Origin: Eubacteriales bacterium
GTDB lineage: Bacteria; Bacillota; Clostridia; Oscillospirales; RGIG5299
Reading direction: 5' to 3'
Assembly (NCBI GenBank): GCA_045648325.1
Contig: JAZRNU010000039.1
Coordinates: forward strand, 1 to 32,591
Length of the DNA: 32,591 nt
The translations under genes were made by a program, and so were the position numbers. Position 1 is the stretch's first letter. The number at the start of each line of letters is the position of its first letter. This document shows positions 1 through 10,649 of the stretch, one piece after another. The notes below the pieces were generated by a model. The model saw only the letters and a list, made by a program, of their open reading frames with translations, was not told the DNA's origin and did not search any database.

Positions 1-43
1 GACAGAGTCAAAGTCTGTTGTCCTACCATTAGACTACACCCCA
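1..43 (-). tRNA. tRNA-Gln(TTG), 5' part only (cut by window edge)
   Basis: Reverse complement reads TGGGGTG TA GTC TAATGGTAG GAC A ACAGA CT TTG AC TCTGT C: acceptor 5' strand starting with U1, D-arm containing TGG, anticodon stem ACAGA/TCTGT and anticodon TTG. Confidence 0.95.
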
Positions 44-59
44 AAATTATTACCTCAAT

Positions 60-88
60 ATAATAGCAGAAAACCCCAAAAATGTCAA
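60..88 (-). promoter_or_regulatory. sigma-A promoter of tRNA-Gln
   Basis: TTGACA (88-83), 17-nt spacer, TATTAT (65-60) with an extended TG, 16 nt upstream of the tRNA 5' end. Confidence 0.85.
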
Positions 89-144
89 GCAAAATAATGC
101 AACGCACACGGGTTTTTCAGTTAAACCCCAGGGTATTTTAAACA

Positions 145-174
145 CCGCGCCGAAAAAATATATTTTCGGCGCGG
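145..174 (-). terminator. Intrinsic terminator hairpin after folD
   Basis: 12-bp perfect inverted repeat CCGCGCCGAAAA/TTTTCGGCGCGG just past the folD stop. The U-tract is weak (TGTTT). Confidence 0.8.
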
Positions 175-187
175 AAGTTTTACTTTT

Positions 188-1036
188 TTATTTTCTACGG
201 TTCTCGGCAGCCTTTAAGGTGTTTTTGAGAAGCATTGTAATCGTCATGGGTCCAACGCCGAAGGGTACGGGAGTGATAAAGGAGGCCACGTTCTTTACTG
301 CCTCGAAATCAACGTCGCCGCAGCGCTTGCCTTCCTCGTCGCGGTTCATACCGACGTCGATTACTACTGCGCCGTATTTAACCATATCGGAGGTTACGAA
401 TTTTGCCTTTCCAACAGCCGCTACGATAATGTCTGCCTCCTTAACTATTTCTTTAAGGTCCTTGGTGCGGGAGTGGCAGATAGTTACGGTGCCGTGTGCG
501 TGAAGCAAAAGCATTGCCATGGGCTTTCCTACGATGTTGCTTCTGCCTATAACAACGCATTTCTTGCCTGCTATCTCGGTACCGGTTTCTTTAATAAGCT
601 CCATTACGCCTGCAGGGGTGCAGGGGAGAAAATCATAGTTGCCGATCATTATCTTTCCAACGTTTACGGGGTGGAATGCGTCAACGTCCTTTGAGGGAGT
701 GATAGCGTTTAATATGGTTTCCTCGTTTATCTGTGAGGGCAAGGGCATCTGCACCAGAATTCCGTCGATATCCTCTTTTTTATTAAGGGTGTCAACGAGT
801 GCAAGAAGCTCTTCTTCAGTGGTTTCCTCGGGAAGTGCATACTCCTCGGAGCGAATTCCAACCTCCTCGCAAGCCTTCTTCTTATTGTTTACGTATGCGC
901 GAGAGGCCTGATTATTTCCAACTATTACAACGGCAAGACCGGGGGTTACGCCGTTTGCTATCATTTTTTCGATTTCTTCTTTTATCGAGCTTCTTACCTT
1001 TGCGGCAACTGCTCTGCCATCAATAACTATTCCCAT
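188..1036 (-). CDS. folD: Bifunctional methylenetetrahydrofolate dehydrogenase/cyclohydrolase
   Basis: [45 protein letters not shown] and GVGPMT motifs. Confidence 0.97.
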   Translation of the reverse strand: MGIVIDGRAVAAKVRSSIKEEIEKMIANGVTPGLAVVIVGNNQASRAYVNNKKKACEEVGIRSEEYALPEETTEEELLALVDTLNKKEDIDGILVQMPLPSQINEETILNAITPSKDVDAFHPVNVGKIMIGNYDFLPCTPAGVMELIKETGTEIAGKKCVVIGRSNIVGKPMAMLLLHAHGTVTICHSRTKDLKEIVKEADIIVAAVGKAKFVTSDMVKYGAVVIDVGMNRDEEGKRCGDVDFEAVKNVASFITPVPFGVGPMTITMLLKNTLKAAENRRK

Positions 1037-1038
1037 TT

Positions 1039-1917
1039 TTATTCTCCTTTTGTTTCGTTTTCTTCTTTTACATCATCAAAGAGGTTTTCATACTGTGCAG
1101 GGGTAAGCTTTGCTTTTTTCTTTTCCATAACATGGCGTAAAATGAAAAGGATAATTCCCGCAGCGAAGCAAGAAAAGCCAAGGATTACCGCCGTGCGAAG
1201 CGATACGCCGAATACGTCAACGTATAAAACGTATTGCGAGGGTCTGAGAAGCTCAAGCAAGCCTCTTACAAGTCCGTACCATGAAATGTAGAAGAAGAAT
1301 ATGTCACCGGGGAGGCGATTTTTGAATTTTTTCCATACAATCAAAGCGATAAGTAAGCCTATTCCGTTTGCAATGCTTTCGTAGAAGAAAAGCGGGTGAA
1401 CGGGAAGTGAGCCGTCAATAGTCATACCCCAGGGAAGATCGGTGGTTGTACCGTAAACCTCGGCATTGAAGAAGTTGCCCCAGCGGCCTATCATCTGACC
1501 GAAGAAAAAGCCGATTGCAGTAATGTCGAAAACGCCCAAGGGATTTATCTTCTTTACCTTGCAAAATACGACAACTGCGGGAAATGCAACGAGGATTGCT
1601 CCCCATATACCGAGGCCGCCGTCGCGTATATTTATAATGTCGAAGAAGGTCTTATAGTTTTCAAGCTCAAAAAGCACGAAAAAGAGGCGTGCACCGATGA
1701 CCGAGAGAGGAAGGATTATAATTATTCCGTCAAGCAAATCATCTGCTTTTATTCCGAAATCCTTACACTTCCAAAATCCGAAGCCTACGGCAAGGCCTAT
1801 TCCTACCGTTATCATAATTGCATACCAATAAATGTCTATTCCAAATACGGTGAAGGCAACTCTGTCGAGTATGAATTCATCTATTCCAAGACCGGGGAAG
1901 GATATCAAATGTTCCAT
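1039..1917 (-). CDS. lgt: Prolipoprotein diacylglyceryl transferase
   Basis: [32 protein letters not shown] and [12 protein letters not shown] motifs, with multiple TM helices. Confidence 0.95.
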   Translation of the reverse strand: MEHLISFPGLGIDEFILDRVAFTVFGIDIYWYAIMITVGIGLAVGFGFWKCKDFGIKADDLLDGIIIILPLSVIGARLFFVLFELENYKTFFDIINIRDGGLGIWGAILVAFPAVVVFCKVKKINPLGVFDITAIGFFFGQMIGRWGNFFNAEVYGTTTDLPWGMTIDGSLPVHPLFFYESIANGIGLLIALIVWKKFKNRLPGDIFFFYISWYGLVRGLLELLRPSQYVLYVDVFGVSLRTAVILGFSCFAAGIILFILRHVMEKKKAKLTPAQYENLFDDVKEENETKGE

Positions 1918-1935
1918 TTAAAATTCCGCCTTTCT

Positions 1936-3210
1936 TTATTTTTCCTGCGGCATTATTACCGCCATTGATGCATTTTCTTCGTTTAACGCAAATTTTATTG
2001 CTTTTATTATATCGTCCTGAGTAATTGTTTTGAGAATTTCAAGAGGCTCAAATACGTTTCCGCCGCCAAACTCTGCCGAAAGTGCCATATTGGCAACCTC
2101 CTCAACGCTGTCAAACGCCGCAAGGTATTTTCCGTAAACGTTCTTCTTTACCGTTTCAAAATCCTCTGTGTTTACTCCGTTTTGAACGATCTTTTTTACC
2201 TCGTCAAAAAACTCGTTGTAAACACGCTCAGGCTCGGCTGAAACGCCCATAACGTTAACGGTGCCGTAGCTTACCGAGGACATATATTCATAGGAGAAAT
2301 CGGTTATTACGTTTTGGCTGTAAAGTCTGTTATAAAAGCTGCTTATGCCGCCCGCAATAAGCTCAAGTGCAATGCCTACGGCAATATCGTTTATCTTTCT
2401 TTCCTCTTTTGAGAGCTTTTCAATCTCGCTCTTTATTGCAATTCCGAAATGAGGCTTTGAAACGGCAAGCTCTTTGTAAACGCGCTTATCTGAAACGCCC
2501 TTTTCTTCGGTTATTGCATCGGGGGATATTGCATCGTTTTTCTTTAGCACAAAATATTTTTCGGCAGTTTCCTTTACTTTTTCGGGATCCACGTTGCCTG
2601 CAATGCAAAGCGTCATATTGTTGCTGCAATAAAAATGATAATAAATTTTATAAAGAAGCTCGGGAGTGAGTGTTGCTATCGTTTCTCTCGTTCCCGCAAT
2701 ATCCTTTTTTATCGGGTGGGTGGTGTATGCCGCGTCGATGGCGCGGAAAAAGGTCTGCCAGTTGGGGTCGTCATCGTACATTTCGATTTCCTGACCGATT
2801 ATTCCCTGCTCCTTTTTAACGTTTTCTTCGGTTAAATAGGGGTGAGAAACGAAGTCGAGCAGTATTTCAAGCGACTCGTAAAATTTCTCGGTTGCGGAGA
2901 AAAGATATGCGGTTTTGTCAAAGGAGGTGTAGGCGTTTGCGTTTGCGCCCGTTTTGGCAAAGCGCTCAAACGCAGGCTCCTTTTCTCCCTCAAAAAGCTT
3001 ATGCTCCAAAAAGTGAGCAGTACCGTCGGGTATATCGTAATGAACGCCGTTTTCTGTAAATCCTGTGTTTACCGAGCCGTAACGGGTTCCGATAACGGCA
3101 TAGCTCGCGTTCAGGTTAGGCTTTTTGAAAACAATTATTTTAAGGCCGTTGTCGCAGACGGTTTCGTAATATTCTTCGTCTAATAAAACGGAAAAATTTT
3201 CTTTACTCAA
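1936..3210 (-). CDS. ymfH: M16 family zinc peptidase, active subunit (YmfH-like)
   Basis: Inverted zinc motif GTAHFLEHKLF, NAYTS, KEQGIIGQEI. TTG start with AGAAAGGCGG SD. Confidence 0.92.
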   Translation of the reverse strand: MSKENFSVLLDEEYYETVCDNGLKIIVFKKPNLNASYAVIGTRYGSVNTGFTENGVHYDIPDGTAHFLEHKLFEGEKEPAFERFAKTGANANAYTSFDKTAYLFSATEKFYESLEILLDFVSHPYLTEENVKKEQGIIGQEIEMYDDDPNWQTFFRAIDAAYTTHPIKKDIAGTRETIATLTPELLYKIYYHFYCSNNMTLCIAGNVDPEKVKETAEKYFVLKKNDAISPDAITEEKGVSDKRVYKELAVSKPHFGIAIKSEIEKLSKEERKINDIAVGIALELIAGGISSFYNRLYSQNVITDFSYEYMSSVSYGTVNVMGVSAEPERVYNEFFDEVKKIVQNGVNTEDFETVKKNVYGKYLAAFDSVEEVANMALSAEFGGGNVFEPLEILKTITQDDIIKAIKFALNEENASMAVIMPQEK

Positions 3211-3226
3211 TTCAATACCGCCTTTC

Positions 3227-4480
3227 TTATTCCTCGGGTGAAAGAAGATATACAGCCTGAGGCTTAAAGCGCGAGGCTATTTCTGCTATTTTTGAAGCCT
3301 CAACCTCATCGATAAGCTCGATCATTTCGTCGGGCGTGTAGATGTTTCCCGCAATGCTTAAAGAAAGATACCAATCGTGAAGGGCAAAAAACGAGTCTTT
3401 AAGCGAATTGTAGGCGTTTCTCATTGCATTTTTCGCAGAGGTAAATTCCCTTTCGGTTATAAGCTTTTTGGAAACGTCGTCAAGCTGTGAAAGAATTTCG
3501 TTATATGCCTTTTCCCAATTTTTTATCTCAACACCGCTGTCAACCGTCATAATTCCCTTCTGACGGTAAACGCGCGAGGCGCAATAGTAGCAAAGACTTA
3601 ATTTTTCTCTAACGTTTTCAAAAAGCTTGCTTGTTGCGCCCGAGCCGTAAACGGCGTTAAACATTCCGATTTCGGCTATGCTAAAGTCGTCAAGCGCTCC
3701 CGCTCTGAAGCCAATGGCAAGCTTTGCCTGAGTAATCTTCATTTTTTCGGTAATTATTTCGGGGTTTCCTGCGGGCTCCTTTGCTTTTACTGCCCTTTCA
3801 GTAAAGGGAGCGTTTTTATCAAAGGTGGTAAATAGCTTTTCGCAAATTGCATTTTCATCGCCCTCGCCGAAGAAAAAGGCAAAGACCTTTGAATCGGCAA
3901 TTATCTCGCCGTAACGCTTTACAAGAGAGCTTGCGGATATTTTCTCAATATCCTCCCTGTAACCGTTTGCGGATATGCCAAAAGGCTCGTCCTTGCAAAG
4001 ATTGGAAATAAGGCTTTTGAGGACGTAGCGGCGCTTATCGTTGATTTCGGCGTCGATTCTGTCTTTTAAATTTTTAAGCTCGCTCTCAACGTATTCCTCT
4101 TTGAAAAGGCCGTTTACAAGGTAAGGTGAGGAAATAGTTTCAAACAAAAGCTCCATTGCTTCTTGCGAGACCTTCTCGCCACCCAGGGTAAAGCGATCCT
4201 TAATGAATCTTATTGAGAAGGATAAAACAAGGCTATCGCCTTTTTTTGAGGCATCGGCGTAAAGGCTTGCACCGTAAAGAAGCGAAAGCTTTCTTGAAAG
4301 AGCTTCTATATCGGGTGAGCTTTTTGTGCCTCTTATCAAAACGTTGGGAAGCAAAACACTTTCGGTGACGGTGCTTTTTTCAAGCGGGATTATAAGGTCA
4401 ACCGAAAAAAAGTTGGATTTAAAGGATTTATCGGTTATAAGACAGAATCGAATTCTGTCGGTATAATCTCTTATTATCAT
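3227..4480 (-). CDS. ymfF: M16 family peptidase, inactive partner subunit (YmfF-like)
   Basis: No HxxEH motif, SKLFENVREKLSLCYY C-terminal motif, tandem with ymfH. Confidence 0.88.
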   Translation of the reverse strand: MIIRDYTDRIRFCLITDKSFKSNFFSVDLIIPLEKSTVTESVLLPNVLIRGTKSSPDIEALSRKLSLLYGASLYADASKKGDSLVLSFSIRFIKDRFTLGGEKVSQEAMELLFETISSPYLVNGLFKEEYVESELKNLKDRIDAEINDKRRYVLKSLISNLCKDEPFGISANGYREDIEKISASSLVKRYGEIIADSKVFAFFFGEGDENAICEKLFTTFDKNAPFTERAVKAKEPAGNPEIITEKMKITQAKLAIGFRAGALDDFSIAEIGMFNAVYGSGATSKLFENVREKLSLCYYCASRVYRQKGIMTVDSGVEIKNWEKAYNEILSQLDDVSKKLITEREFTSAKNAMRNAYNSLKDSFFALHDWYLSLSIAGNIYTPDEMIELIDEVEASKIAEIASRFKPQAVYLLSPEE

Positions 4481-4512
4481 TTACATTGCTCCTTTTTAAG
4501 GTGCGTTACCGT

Positions 4513-5409
4513 TTATTTTGCCTTTTTTGACGAAAAATACTCGCGCGCGGCTGAAATATCCGATGCAATCTGAGCTTTCAGCTCATCTTTTGAGGAAAAC
4601 TCCTTTTCGTCTCTTATTCTGTCGTGGAAAATCACTCGCGCAAAGCCCGAAAAGCTTTTAAGCTCCTTGGTCTTGCGGTCAATTATATGTGTTTCAATTC
4701 GTTCTTCCCTGTCACCGAAGGTGGGGCAAAAGCCGATATTCGTTACCGAACGGAAAAGCTTGCCTTTTATCTCGGTTTGAGTGATATATACTCCGCGGGG
4801 GAGACGAACCTTGCTATCGTCTATTTTCTGATTTATTGTGGGAAAACCTATTTTTCTGCCAACCTTTTTACCGGATACGGTGCGGGCGGTTACCGAATAA
4901 GGCTCGGTAAGAAGGCTGTTTGCCTTTACTACCCTGCCCATTGAGATAAGGCGGCGGATATTTGTGGAGGAAATTACTATCTCGCCGTCGGTAACCTCGT
5001 TTACAACCTCTAAACGAAAGCCGAATTCATCGCAAAGGCTTTTGAGCATTTCGGGGTTTCCCTCTCTGCCCTTGCCAAAGCTGAAATTGAAGCCGCATAC
5101 AAAGGCACGTGCGTTGAATTTACTTACAAGAAAGATAAAAAACTCACGCGCGGTCATATCGACGCAGTCGGCAAAATCCATAAAATAGACGTTTTTTATA
5201 TTATTTTGTATTCTTCTTTTCTTTTCTTTTTTGGGGGTTATCTGCCTTACGGGGTGGTAAGGTGTGAGAAAATTCGCAGGGTTATCATTAAAGGTGAAAA
5301 CAAGCGGAGAAAGTCCGTTTTCTGCCGCAATTTCCTTTGTTTTGTCAAAAAGTGCCTTGTGTCCGTGATGAACTCCGTCGAAATTTCCGAGTGCTATTAC
5401 CGTTTTCAT
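4513..5409 (-). CDS. ribF: Bifunctional riboflavin kinase/FAD synthetase
   Basis: GNFDGVHHGH, ISSTNIR, GFPTIN, NIGFCPTF and IETHI motifs. Lies after truB. Confidence 0.96.
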   Translation of the reverse strand: MKTVIALGNFDGVHHGHKALFDKTKEIAAENGLSPLVFTFNDNPANFLTPYHPVRQITPKKEKKRRIQNNIKNVYFMDFADCVDMTAREFFIFLVSKFNARAFVCGFNFSFGKGREGNPEMLKSLCDEFGFRLEVVNEVTDGEIVISSTNIRRLISMGRVVKANSLLTEPYSVTARTVSGKKVGRKIGFPTINQKIDDSKVRLPRGVYITQTEIKGKLFRSVTNIGFCPTFGDREERIETHIIDRKTKELKSFSGFARVIFHDRIRDEKEFSSKDELKAQIASDISAAREYFSSKKAK

Positions 5410-6308
5410 TCGTTTTCTTCCTCAATATAGTGCCAAACTGCCTTTAAAAACAGCTTATCTTCTTTATTAAAGCCTTCGCCTAGTCCGAGAAATTTACCTT
5501 CTGAGTAAATTCTGTAAATCCCCTTTGAAAGTCCGTTTGTTCTTTCGGAATTTATCTCGCCGCCGTTTTGGTAATATTTTACCGCATTTTCAAAAACGGT
5601 TGCCTCAGGATAAAACGAAAGATATTTTTCGGGCGAAATAACCTTTGAAAAAGGATTTTCACTTTCTAAAAATTCAGTTAATTCAACCGTATCGGCTTCA
5701 TCTATGCCGCCTGAAAGGCTGCGCTTAAGCGATGCCATTGTTCCCTCAGTGCCAAGCTCTTTGGCTATATCCTCACAAAGAGTGCGAATATAGGTGCCCT
5801 TGCCGCAGTTTACCTTAAAGGTTATTTCATCGTTTGAAACGGAAATAAGCTCTATTGAGTAGACGTTTATCGGGCGTGCCTTAATTTCTACCTCTTTGCC
5901 CTCTACGGCGTATTGGTAAAGCCTTTTTCCGTTTACCGAAAGTGCGGAATATATGGGAGGAGTTTGCATTATTTCGCCCTTAAAGGACGAAATTGCCTTT
6001 TTTACCGTTTCCTCGGTGAGTGCGGGAATTTCTGCCGTTGCAACGGTTTTACCCGTTACGTCGCCGGTATCGGTACGGTATCCGAGCTTTAAAACCGCAA
6101 CATATTCCTTTGTTTCGGGCATAAATTCCGAAAGTCTTGTTGCTCTTCCGAGCATAACGGGAAGCACTCCCGACGCCATTGGGTCGAGGGTGCCAAAATG
6201 TCCCGTTTTAAGTCCGAGCAAGCGTTTTATTTTTGCGGTTACCGCTGATGAGGTCATTCCCGACGGTTTAAAAATCGGTACTATCCCCTGTTGTAAAGGC
6301 GTTTTCAA
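5406..6308 (-). CDS. truB: tRNA pseudouridine(55) synthase
   Basis: KPSGMTS, GHFGTLDPMASG, QTPPIYSA and GKGTYIRTL motifs. TTG start with GAGG SD. Confidence 0.96.
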   Translation of the reverse strand: MKTPLQQGIVPIFKPSGMTSSAVTAKIKRLLGLKTGHFGTLDPMASGVLPVMLGRATRLSEFMPETKEYVAVLKLGYRTDTGDVTGKTVATAEIPALTEETVKKAISSFKGEIMQTPPIYSALSVNGKRLYQYAVEGKEVEIKARPINVYSIELISVSNDEITFKVNCGKGTYIRTLCEDIAKELGTEGTMASLKRSLSGGIDEADTVELTEFLESENPFSKVISPEKYLSFYPEATVFENAVKYYQNGGEINSERTNGLSKGIYRIYSEGKFLGLGEGFNKEDKLFLKAVWHYIEEENE

Positions 6309-7296
6309 CTTTGTTATCCTCTTCGGAGAAATATTCGTTAAGTATTGCGGTTACAAGTCTGCCCTCTACCTCGTTTATCTCGCCCTTAAGCAAGCAGCCC
6401 GATGCCTTTTTGTGGCCGCCGCCGCCAAAAAGTGAGCAGATGTGAGAAACGTCAACGTCGCCGTTTGAGCGGGCAGAGATTTTATATTCTCCCGGTGCCG
6501 TTTCGCGAAGCAAAAGACCTACCTCAACGCCCGAAATGTTACGGGCAAGGTTTGTGATGTTATCAATATCGTCGTCAGCCGCCTTTGCCTTTGCAATAAG
6601 GTCAAGCGTTACTCTGATAATTGCGATTTTTCCGTTTGCAAAATAGTGAAGCGTTTTGAGTGCAAGACCCTGCAACGTTACGTGGCTCGGTGAAACGAGC
6701 TCGAAAAGTATCTGATTAAGATACTCCATTCTTGCGCCGTTTTCCAAAAGCGCCGCCGCAATGCGAAGGGTTTCGGCGTCGGTATTTGAATAACGGAAGC
6801 AGCCTGTATCGGTGGATATTGCTACGTATATCGCATCGGTTATTTTGTTGGTAAAAGGCACTCTCATCTGCTGAAGAAGGCGGAAAATAATTACACCTGC
6901 CGCAGATGCCTTATCCATTATGAGATTCCAACGGGCAAACATACCGTTTGTGGGGTGATGGTCGATTACAAGGTCGATGCAGTCGGCATATTCTCTTAAG
7001 CTTCCGCCGAGTAATCCGAGACTTGCAATATCAACCGCAACAACAAAATCGGGCTTGAAGCGAGGATAAAGCTCCTCACTTCCCGTTAAGAAAAGATATT
7101 TCTTGGTTATTTTGCTGTCGCAGGCAACACATACTCTTTTACCCATTCCCTCAAGAGCATACATAAGGGCAAAGGCGCTTCCGAGGGTATCGCCGTCGGG
7201 GCGCATGTGGGTGAGTATCAAGATATTATCGGCCTTCTTTAAAAGCGATGCCGCCTTGCGAAGTGATGCCGGCTTATTCTTCTTCCTTCGAAACAT
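6268..7296 (-). CDS. nrnA: DHH/DHHA1 bifunctional oligoribonuclease/pAp phosphatase (NrnA-like)
   Basis: HMRPDGD, IDHH, STDTG and GGGGHKKASG motifs. Start reassigned to ATG at 7296, preceded by GGAGGAGG. Confidence 0.9.
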   Translation of the reverse strand: MFRRKKNKPASLRKAASLLKKADNILILTHMRPDGDTLGSAFALMYALEGMGKRVCVACDSKITKKYLFLTGSEELYPRFKPDFVVAVDIASLGLLGGSLREYADCIDLVIDHHPTNGMFARWNLIMDKASAAGVIIFRLLQQMRVPFTNKITDAIYVAISTDTGCFRYSNTDAETLRIAAALLENGARMEYLNQILFELVSPSHVTLQGLALKTLHYFANGKIAIIRVTLDLIAKAKAADDDIDNITNLARNISGVEVGLLLRETAPGEYKISARSNGDVDVSHICSLFGGGGHKKASGCLLKGEINEVEGRLVTAILNEYFSEEDNKVENAFTTGDSTDF

Positions 7297-7651
7297 TGCG
7301 CGCCTCCTCCTTTTCCTCAATATCCTTTAAGATATTGTTTATCTTTACGGCATAGTCAAGCGAATTATCAAGCGCAAAGGTGATTTCGGGGGTTATACGA
7401 AGTCTTAAACGCTTTGAAAGTTCTTTTCGCATAAAGCCCGCTGCAGAAGAAAGACCCTTCATTGCGTCTTTCTTTGCCTGCTCGCTGCCCATTATGCTTA
7501 CATATGCCTTACAGTATTTGAGGTCGGGGGTTACGTGTGCTGAGGTTACGCTTACAAAAGGAGGAATTCGGGGATCCTTCAAGGTGCGGATTATTAAAGT
7601 AAGCTCCTTGGCGGTATCCTCGTCTATTCTTTCATGTCTGTAGCTTCCCAT
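7274..7651 (-). CDS. rbfA: 30S ribosome-binding factor A
   Basis: LKDPRI, VTPDL, AGFMRKEL and LRITPEITF motifs. Directly after infB. Confidence 0.96.
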   Translation of the reverse strand: MGSYRHERIDEDTAKELTLIIRTLKDPRIPPFVSVTSAHVTPDLKYCKAYVSIMGSEQAKKDAMKGLSSAAGFMRKELSKRLRLRITPEITFALDNSLDYAVKINNILKDIEEKEEARNVSKEEE

Positions 7652-7655
7652 ATCG

Positions 7656-10013
7656 TCAGTCCTTTATTTCCTGCATTATATATGCCTCGACGATGTCGCC
7701 TTCCTTAAGATCGTTGAAGTTTTCAAGGCCCATACCGCATTCGTAGCCCTCGGCTACCTCCTTGGCATCGTCCTTAAATCTCTTTAACGAGGCAAGCTTG
7801 CCATCGTAAACAACTATGTTGTCGCGAAGAAGTCTTACGAGGCTGTTTCTCTGTATCTTTCCGTCCTTAACCATGGTGCCTGCAATGGTTCCTACGCCCG
7901 ACACCTTAAAGGTCTGGCGGATTTCGGCGTGACCGAGTATTTCTTCTTTGAATTTGGGAGCAAGCATACCCTTCATAGCAGCCTGGATCTCCTCAAGGCA
8001 ATCGTAGATAACTCTGTAAAGTCTTATATCAACCTTATTCTTTGCGGCATAAGCGGTTGCCTGTGCCTCGGGTCTTACGTTAAAGCCAACGATAATTGCG
8101 CCCGATGCGGAAGCAAGGGTTACGTCGGATTCGCTTACCGCGCCAACGCCGCCGTGAATAACTCTTACTCTTACCTCGCTGTCGGAAAGCTTCTCAAGAG
8201 ATGCTTTAACCGCTTCGAAGGTTCCCTGAACGTCTGCCTTTACTATAACGGGAAGCTCCTTGATCTCGCCTTCCTGAATCTGATTGAAGAGGTCGTCAAG
8301 CGAAACGATCTTGCTTGCGGCGTTTGTAAGGCTTTCCTTTGCCTTGTGCTTTCTCTGATCGGCAAGTTCTCTTGCCATTCTCTCATCGGCTACAACGTAG
8401 AAATCGTCACCTGCCATGGGAACCTCGGCAAGACCGATTATCTCAACGGGAACGGAGGGTCCTGCTGACATTACCTTCTGACCCTTATCGTCGGTCATTG
8501 CTCTTACACGACCTACTGCGGTGCCTGCGATGAGGATATCACCGTTTTTCAAGGTGCCGTTCTGAACCAAAACGGTGGTAACGGGGCCTCTGCCCTTGTC
8601 AAGGCGAGCCTCGATAACCGTACCCTTTGCGGTGCGGTTGGGGTTAGCCTTAAGCTCCTTAAGCTCTGCAATGAGAAGCACGTTTTCAAGAAGCTTATCT
8701 ATATTCATTCCTGTAAGAGCCGAGCAAGGAACTGCGATTACGTCGCCGCCCCAATCCTCAACGATAAGGTCGTATTCGGTAAGCGCCTGCTTTACTCTTT
8801 CGGGGTTTGCGGTGGGCTTATCCATCTTGTTGATTGCAACAACGATGGATACTCCCGCTGCCTTTGCGTGGTTAATCGCCTCAACGGTCTGGGGCATAAT
8901 GCCGTCGTCAGCCGCTACAACGATGATTGCAATATCGGTTACCTGTGCACCTCTTGCTCTCATTGCAGTAAATGCAGCGTGGCCGGGGGTGTCAAGGAAG
9001 GTAATATCCTTGCCCTGTGCGTTTACACGGTATGCACCGATGTGCTGTGTAATACCGCCTGCCTCGCCTGCGGTTACGTTGGTTTTTCTGATAGCGTCGA
9101 GTATTGAGGTCTTACCGTGGTCAACGTGACCCATAACTACTACGACAGGTGCTCTCTCAACGAGCTCCTCGGTGGTATCCTCGGTTACGTCAAAGAGCTT
9201 GTCCTCAATAGTTACAACAACCTCTTTGGTTACCTTTGCACCGAATTCCTCTGCGATAAGAGATGCGGTATCGTAATCGATTACCTGGTTTGCGGTTGCC
9301 ATTACGCCGATAAGCATAAGCTTTTTGATAACCTCTGCATTGGTTGCAGAAAGCTTTGCGGCAAGCTCGCAAACCTGAAGCTCTTCAGGGATAACAACGT
9401 GCTGAAGCTTCTTCTTTTTCTTTTCAAGCATAAGACGGCGCATCTTTTCTGCCTCTTCTGCGCGGCTCTTTGACGAGGTCTGCTGCTTGTTTTCGTTCTT
9501 TTTCTTTATTTTCTGCTTCTGATTGGAAGCGTTTAACGTTTTATCGGAAACAAAGTTTTCAAGTCTTTCATCGTACTTGGAAAGGTCAACGTGAACGGTG
9601 CGGGTATCAACGTAACGTACCTCGCGGCTGCGAATGGTCTGGGTTTCAACACCCTCACTCTGCTTTGTTTCGTTTTGCTTTGCGGGCGCGGGCTTGTTTG
9701 CTTCCTGCTTTGCAGGTGCCTTTGTCTCGTTCTTTTTAGGCTCTGCCTTTACCTCGGGTGCGGGCTCTTCCTTTATTTCGGGTGCTTTCTCCGCTGCCTT
9801 TTTGTTAAGCTCCTCGAAATACTTTTCAAAGCTTTCGATTGCATATTTCTGGGTAAGGCAATCAAAAACGATGGAAAGCTCTTCATCGGTAAGAGCAGTC
9901 ATGTGATTTTTGGGCGTGGTTGCATATTTTGTAAGGATATCGGTGATATCCTTGTTTTTTAAATTAAAGTCCTTTGCGACTTCGTTTACTCTGTATTTAT
10001 TCTCAACAGGCAT
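7656..10013 (-). CDS. infB: Translation initiation factor IF-2
   Basis: [28 protein letters not shown] and LKRFKDD...ECG motifs. Confidence 0.99.
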   Translation of the reverse strand: MPVENKYRVNEVAKDFNLKNKDITDILTKYATTPKNHMTALTDEELSIVFDCLTQKYAIESFEKYFEELNKKAAEKAPEIKEEPAPEVKAEPKKNETKAPAKQEANKPAPAKQNETKQSEGVETQTIRSREVRYVDTRTVHVDLSKYDERLENFVSDKTLNASNQKQKIKKKNENKQQTSSKSRAEEAEKMRRLMLEKKKKKLQHVVIPEELQVCELAAKLSATNAEVIKKLMLIGVMATANQVIDYDTASLIAEEFGAKVTKEVVVTIEDKLFDVTEDTTEELVERAPVVVVMGHVDHGKTSILDAIRKTNVTAGEAGGITQHIGAYRVNAQGKDITFLDTPGHAAFTAMRARGAQVTDIAIIVVAADDGIMPQTVEAINHAKAAGVSIVVAINKMDKPTANPERVKQALTEYDLIVEDWGGDVIAVPCSALTGMNIDKLLENVLLIAELKELKANPNRTAKGTVIEARLDKGRGPVTTVLVQNGTLKNGDILIAGTAVGRVRAMTDDKGQKVMSAGPSVPVEIIGLAEVPMAGDDFYVVADERMARELADQRKHKAKESLTNAASKIVSLDDLFNQIQEGEIKELPVIVKADVQGTFEAVKASLEKLSDSEVRVRVIHGGVGAVSESDVTLASASGAIIVGFNVRPEAQATAYAAKNKVDIRLYRVIYDCLEEIQAAMKGMLAPKFKEEILGHAEIRQTFKVSGVGTIAGTMVKDGKIQRNSLVRLLRDNIVVYDGKLASLKRFKDDAKEVAEGYECGMGLENFNDLKEGDIVEAYIMQEIKD

Positions 10014-10345
10014 TATATTTTTCCTCCCTTAGAGTTTTGTGAAAGCTTTGCTCCAAGCATTTTTGCAAAGCCGCCGTCTTCCGTGGAAACCACTCCGAGT
10101 ATTCCGCTTTGCCCCACGGCAGAGGCAAGCTCGGACATTTTTATATCGGTAAAATAAATTGGGGTATCCGATTCCTCGGAAAGTCTTTCGTATTTTTCCC
10201 TTGTGTTTTCGGAAACGTCTGCCGCTACGATAACGAGCTTGCTTCTTGCTCTTCTTACCGAATACTCGGTGTTTTCAGATCCTATAAGAAGCTTGCCTGC
10301 TCTGCGGCAAAGTCCCACGGAGGTAAGTATTTTATTCTGCTCCAC
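10013..10345 (-). CDS. ylxQ: L7Ae/L30e family RNA-binding protein (YlxQ-like)
   Basis: [20 protein letters not shown] and ELASAVG motifs. Lies between ylxR and infB, with a TAATG stop/start overlap onto infB. Confidence 0.9.
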   Translation of the reverse strand: MEQNKILTSVGLCRRAGKLLIGSENTEYSVRRARSKLVIVAADVSENTREKYERLSEESDTPIYFTDIKMSELASAVGQSGILGVVSTEDGGFAKMLGAKLSQNSKGGKI

Positions 10346-10357
10346 TTGGTTTCACCT

Positions 10358-10633
10358 TCAACCTTCTACCGCATTCGAAAGCTCGGCGGCAAGATTCATA
10401 TATACCTCATCTGGTACCTTTACCTCAAACGTCTTATCAAACGCCTTTGACTTTACCGCCTTTTTAAGACAGTCTGCCGACGGGCATATATAAGCGCCCC
10501 TACCCTGCTTTTTGCCGGTTGTGTCAACCGATATTTCTCCTTCGGAGCTGCGGACTATTCTGATAAGCTCTTTTTTCGGCTTGCTCTCGTGGCAGCCTAC
10601 GCATTTTCTTAACGGTATCTTTTTGATAGCCAA
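10358..10633 (-). CDS. ylxR: YlxR/RnpM (DUF448) RNA-binding protein
   Basis: PLRKCVGC, KKELIRIVR and GKKQGRGAYIC motifs. Likely TTG start at 10633 after GAGGTG. Confidence 0.95.
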   Translation of the reverse strand: MAIKKIPLRKCVGCHESKPKKELIRIVRSSEGEISVDTTGKKQGRGAYICPSADCLKKAVKSKAFDKTFEVKVPDEVYMNLAAELSNAVEG

Positions 10634-10649
10634 GGGGCTCACCTCTGTT

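Noticed and set aside
110-128. Small inverted repeat GGGTTT/AAACCC upstream of the tRNA promoter
   Set aside because: Only 6 bp, too short to support a call.
1520-1650. TGTCGAA (Spo0A box-like) hits inside lgt
   Set aside because: Explained by Phe-Asp-Ile codons on the coding strand, and not in a promoter region.
1926-3228. Repeated CCGCCTTTCTT at about 1926 and about 3218
   Set aside because: It is the reverse complement of the Shine-Dalgarno context (AAGAAAGGCGG) of lgt and ymfH.
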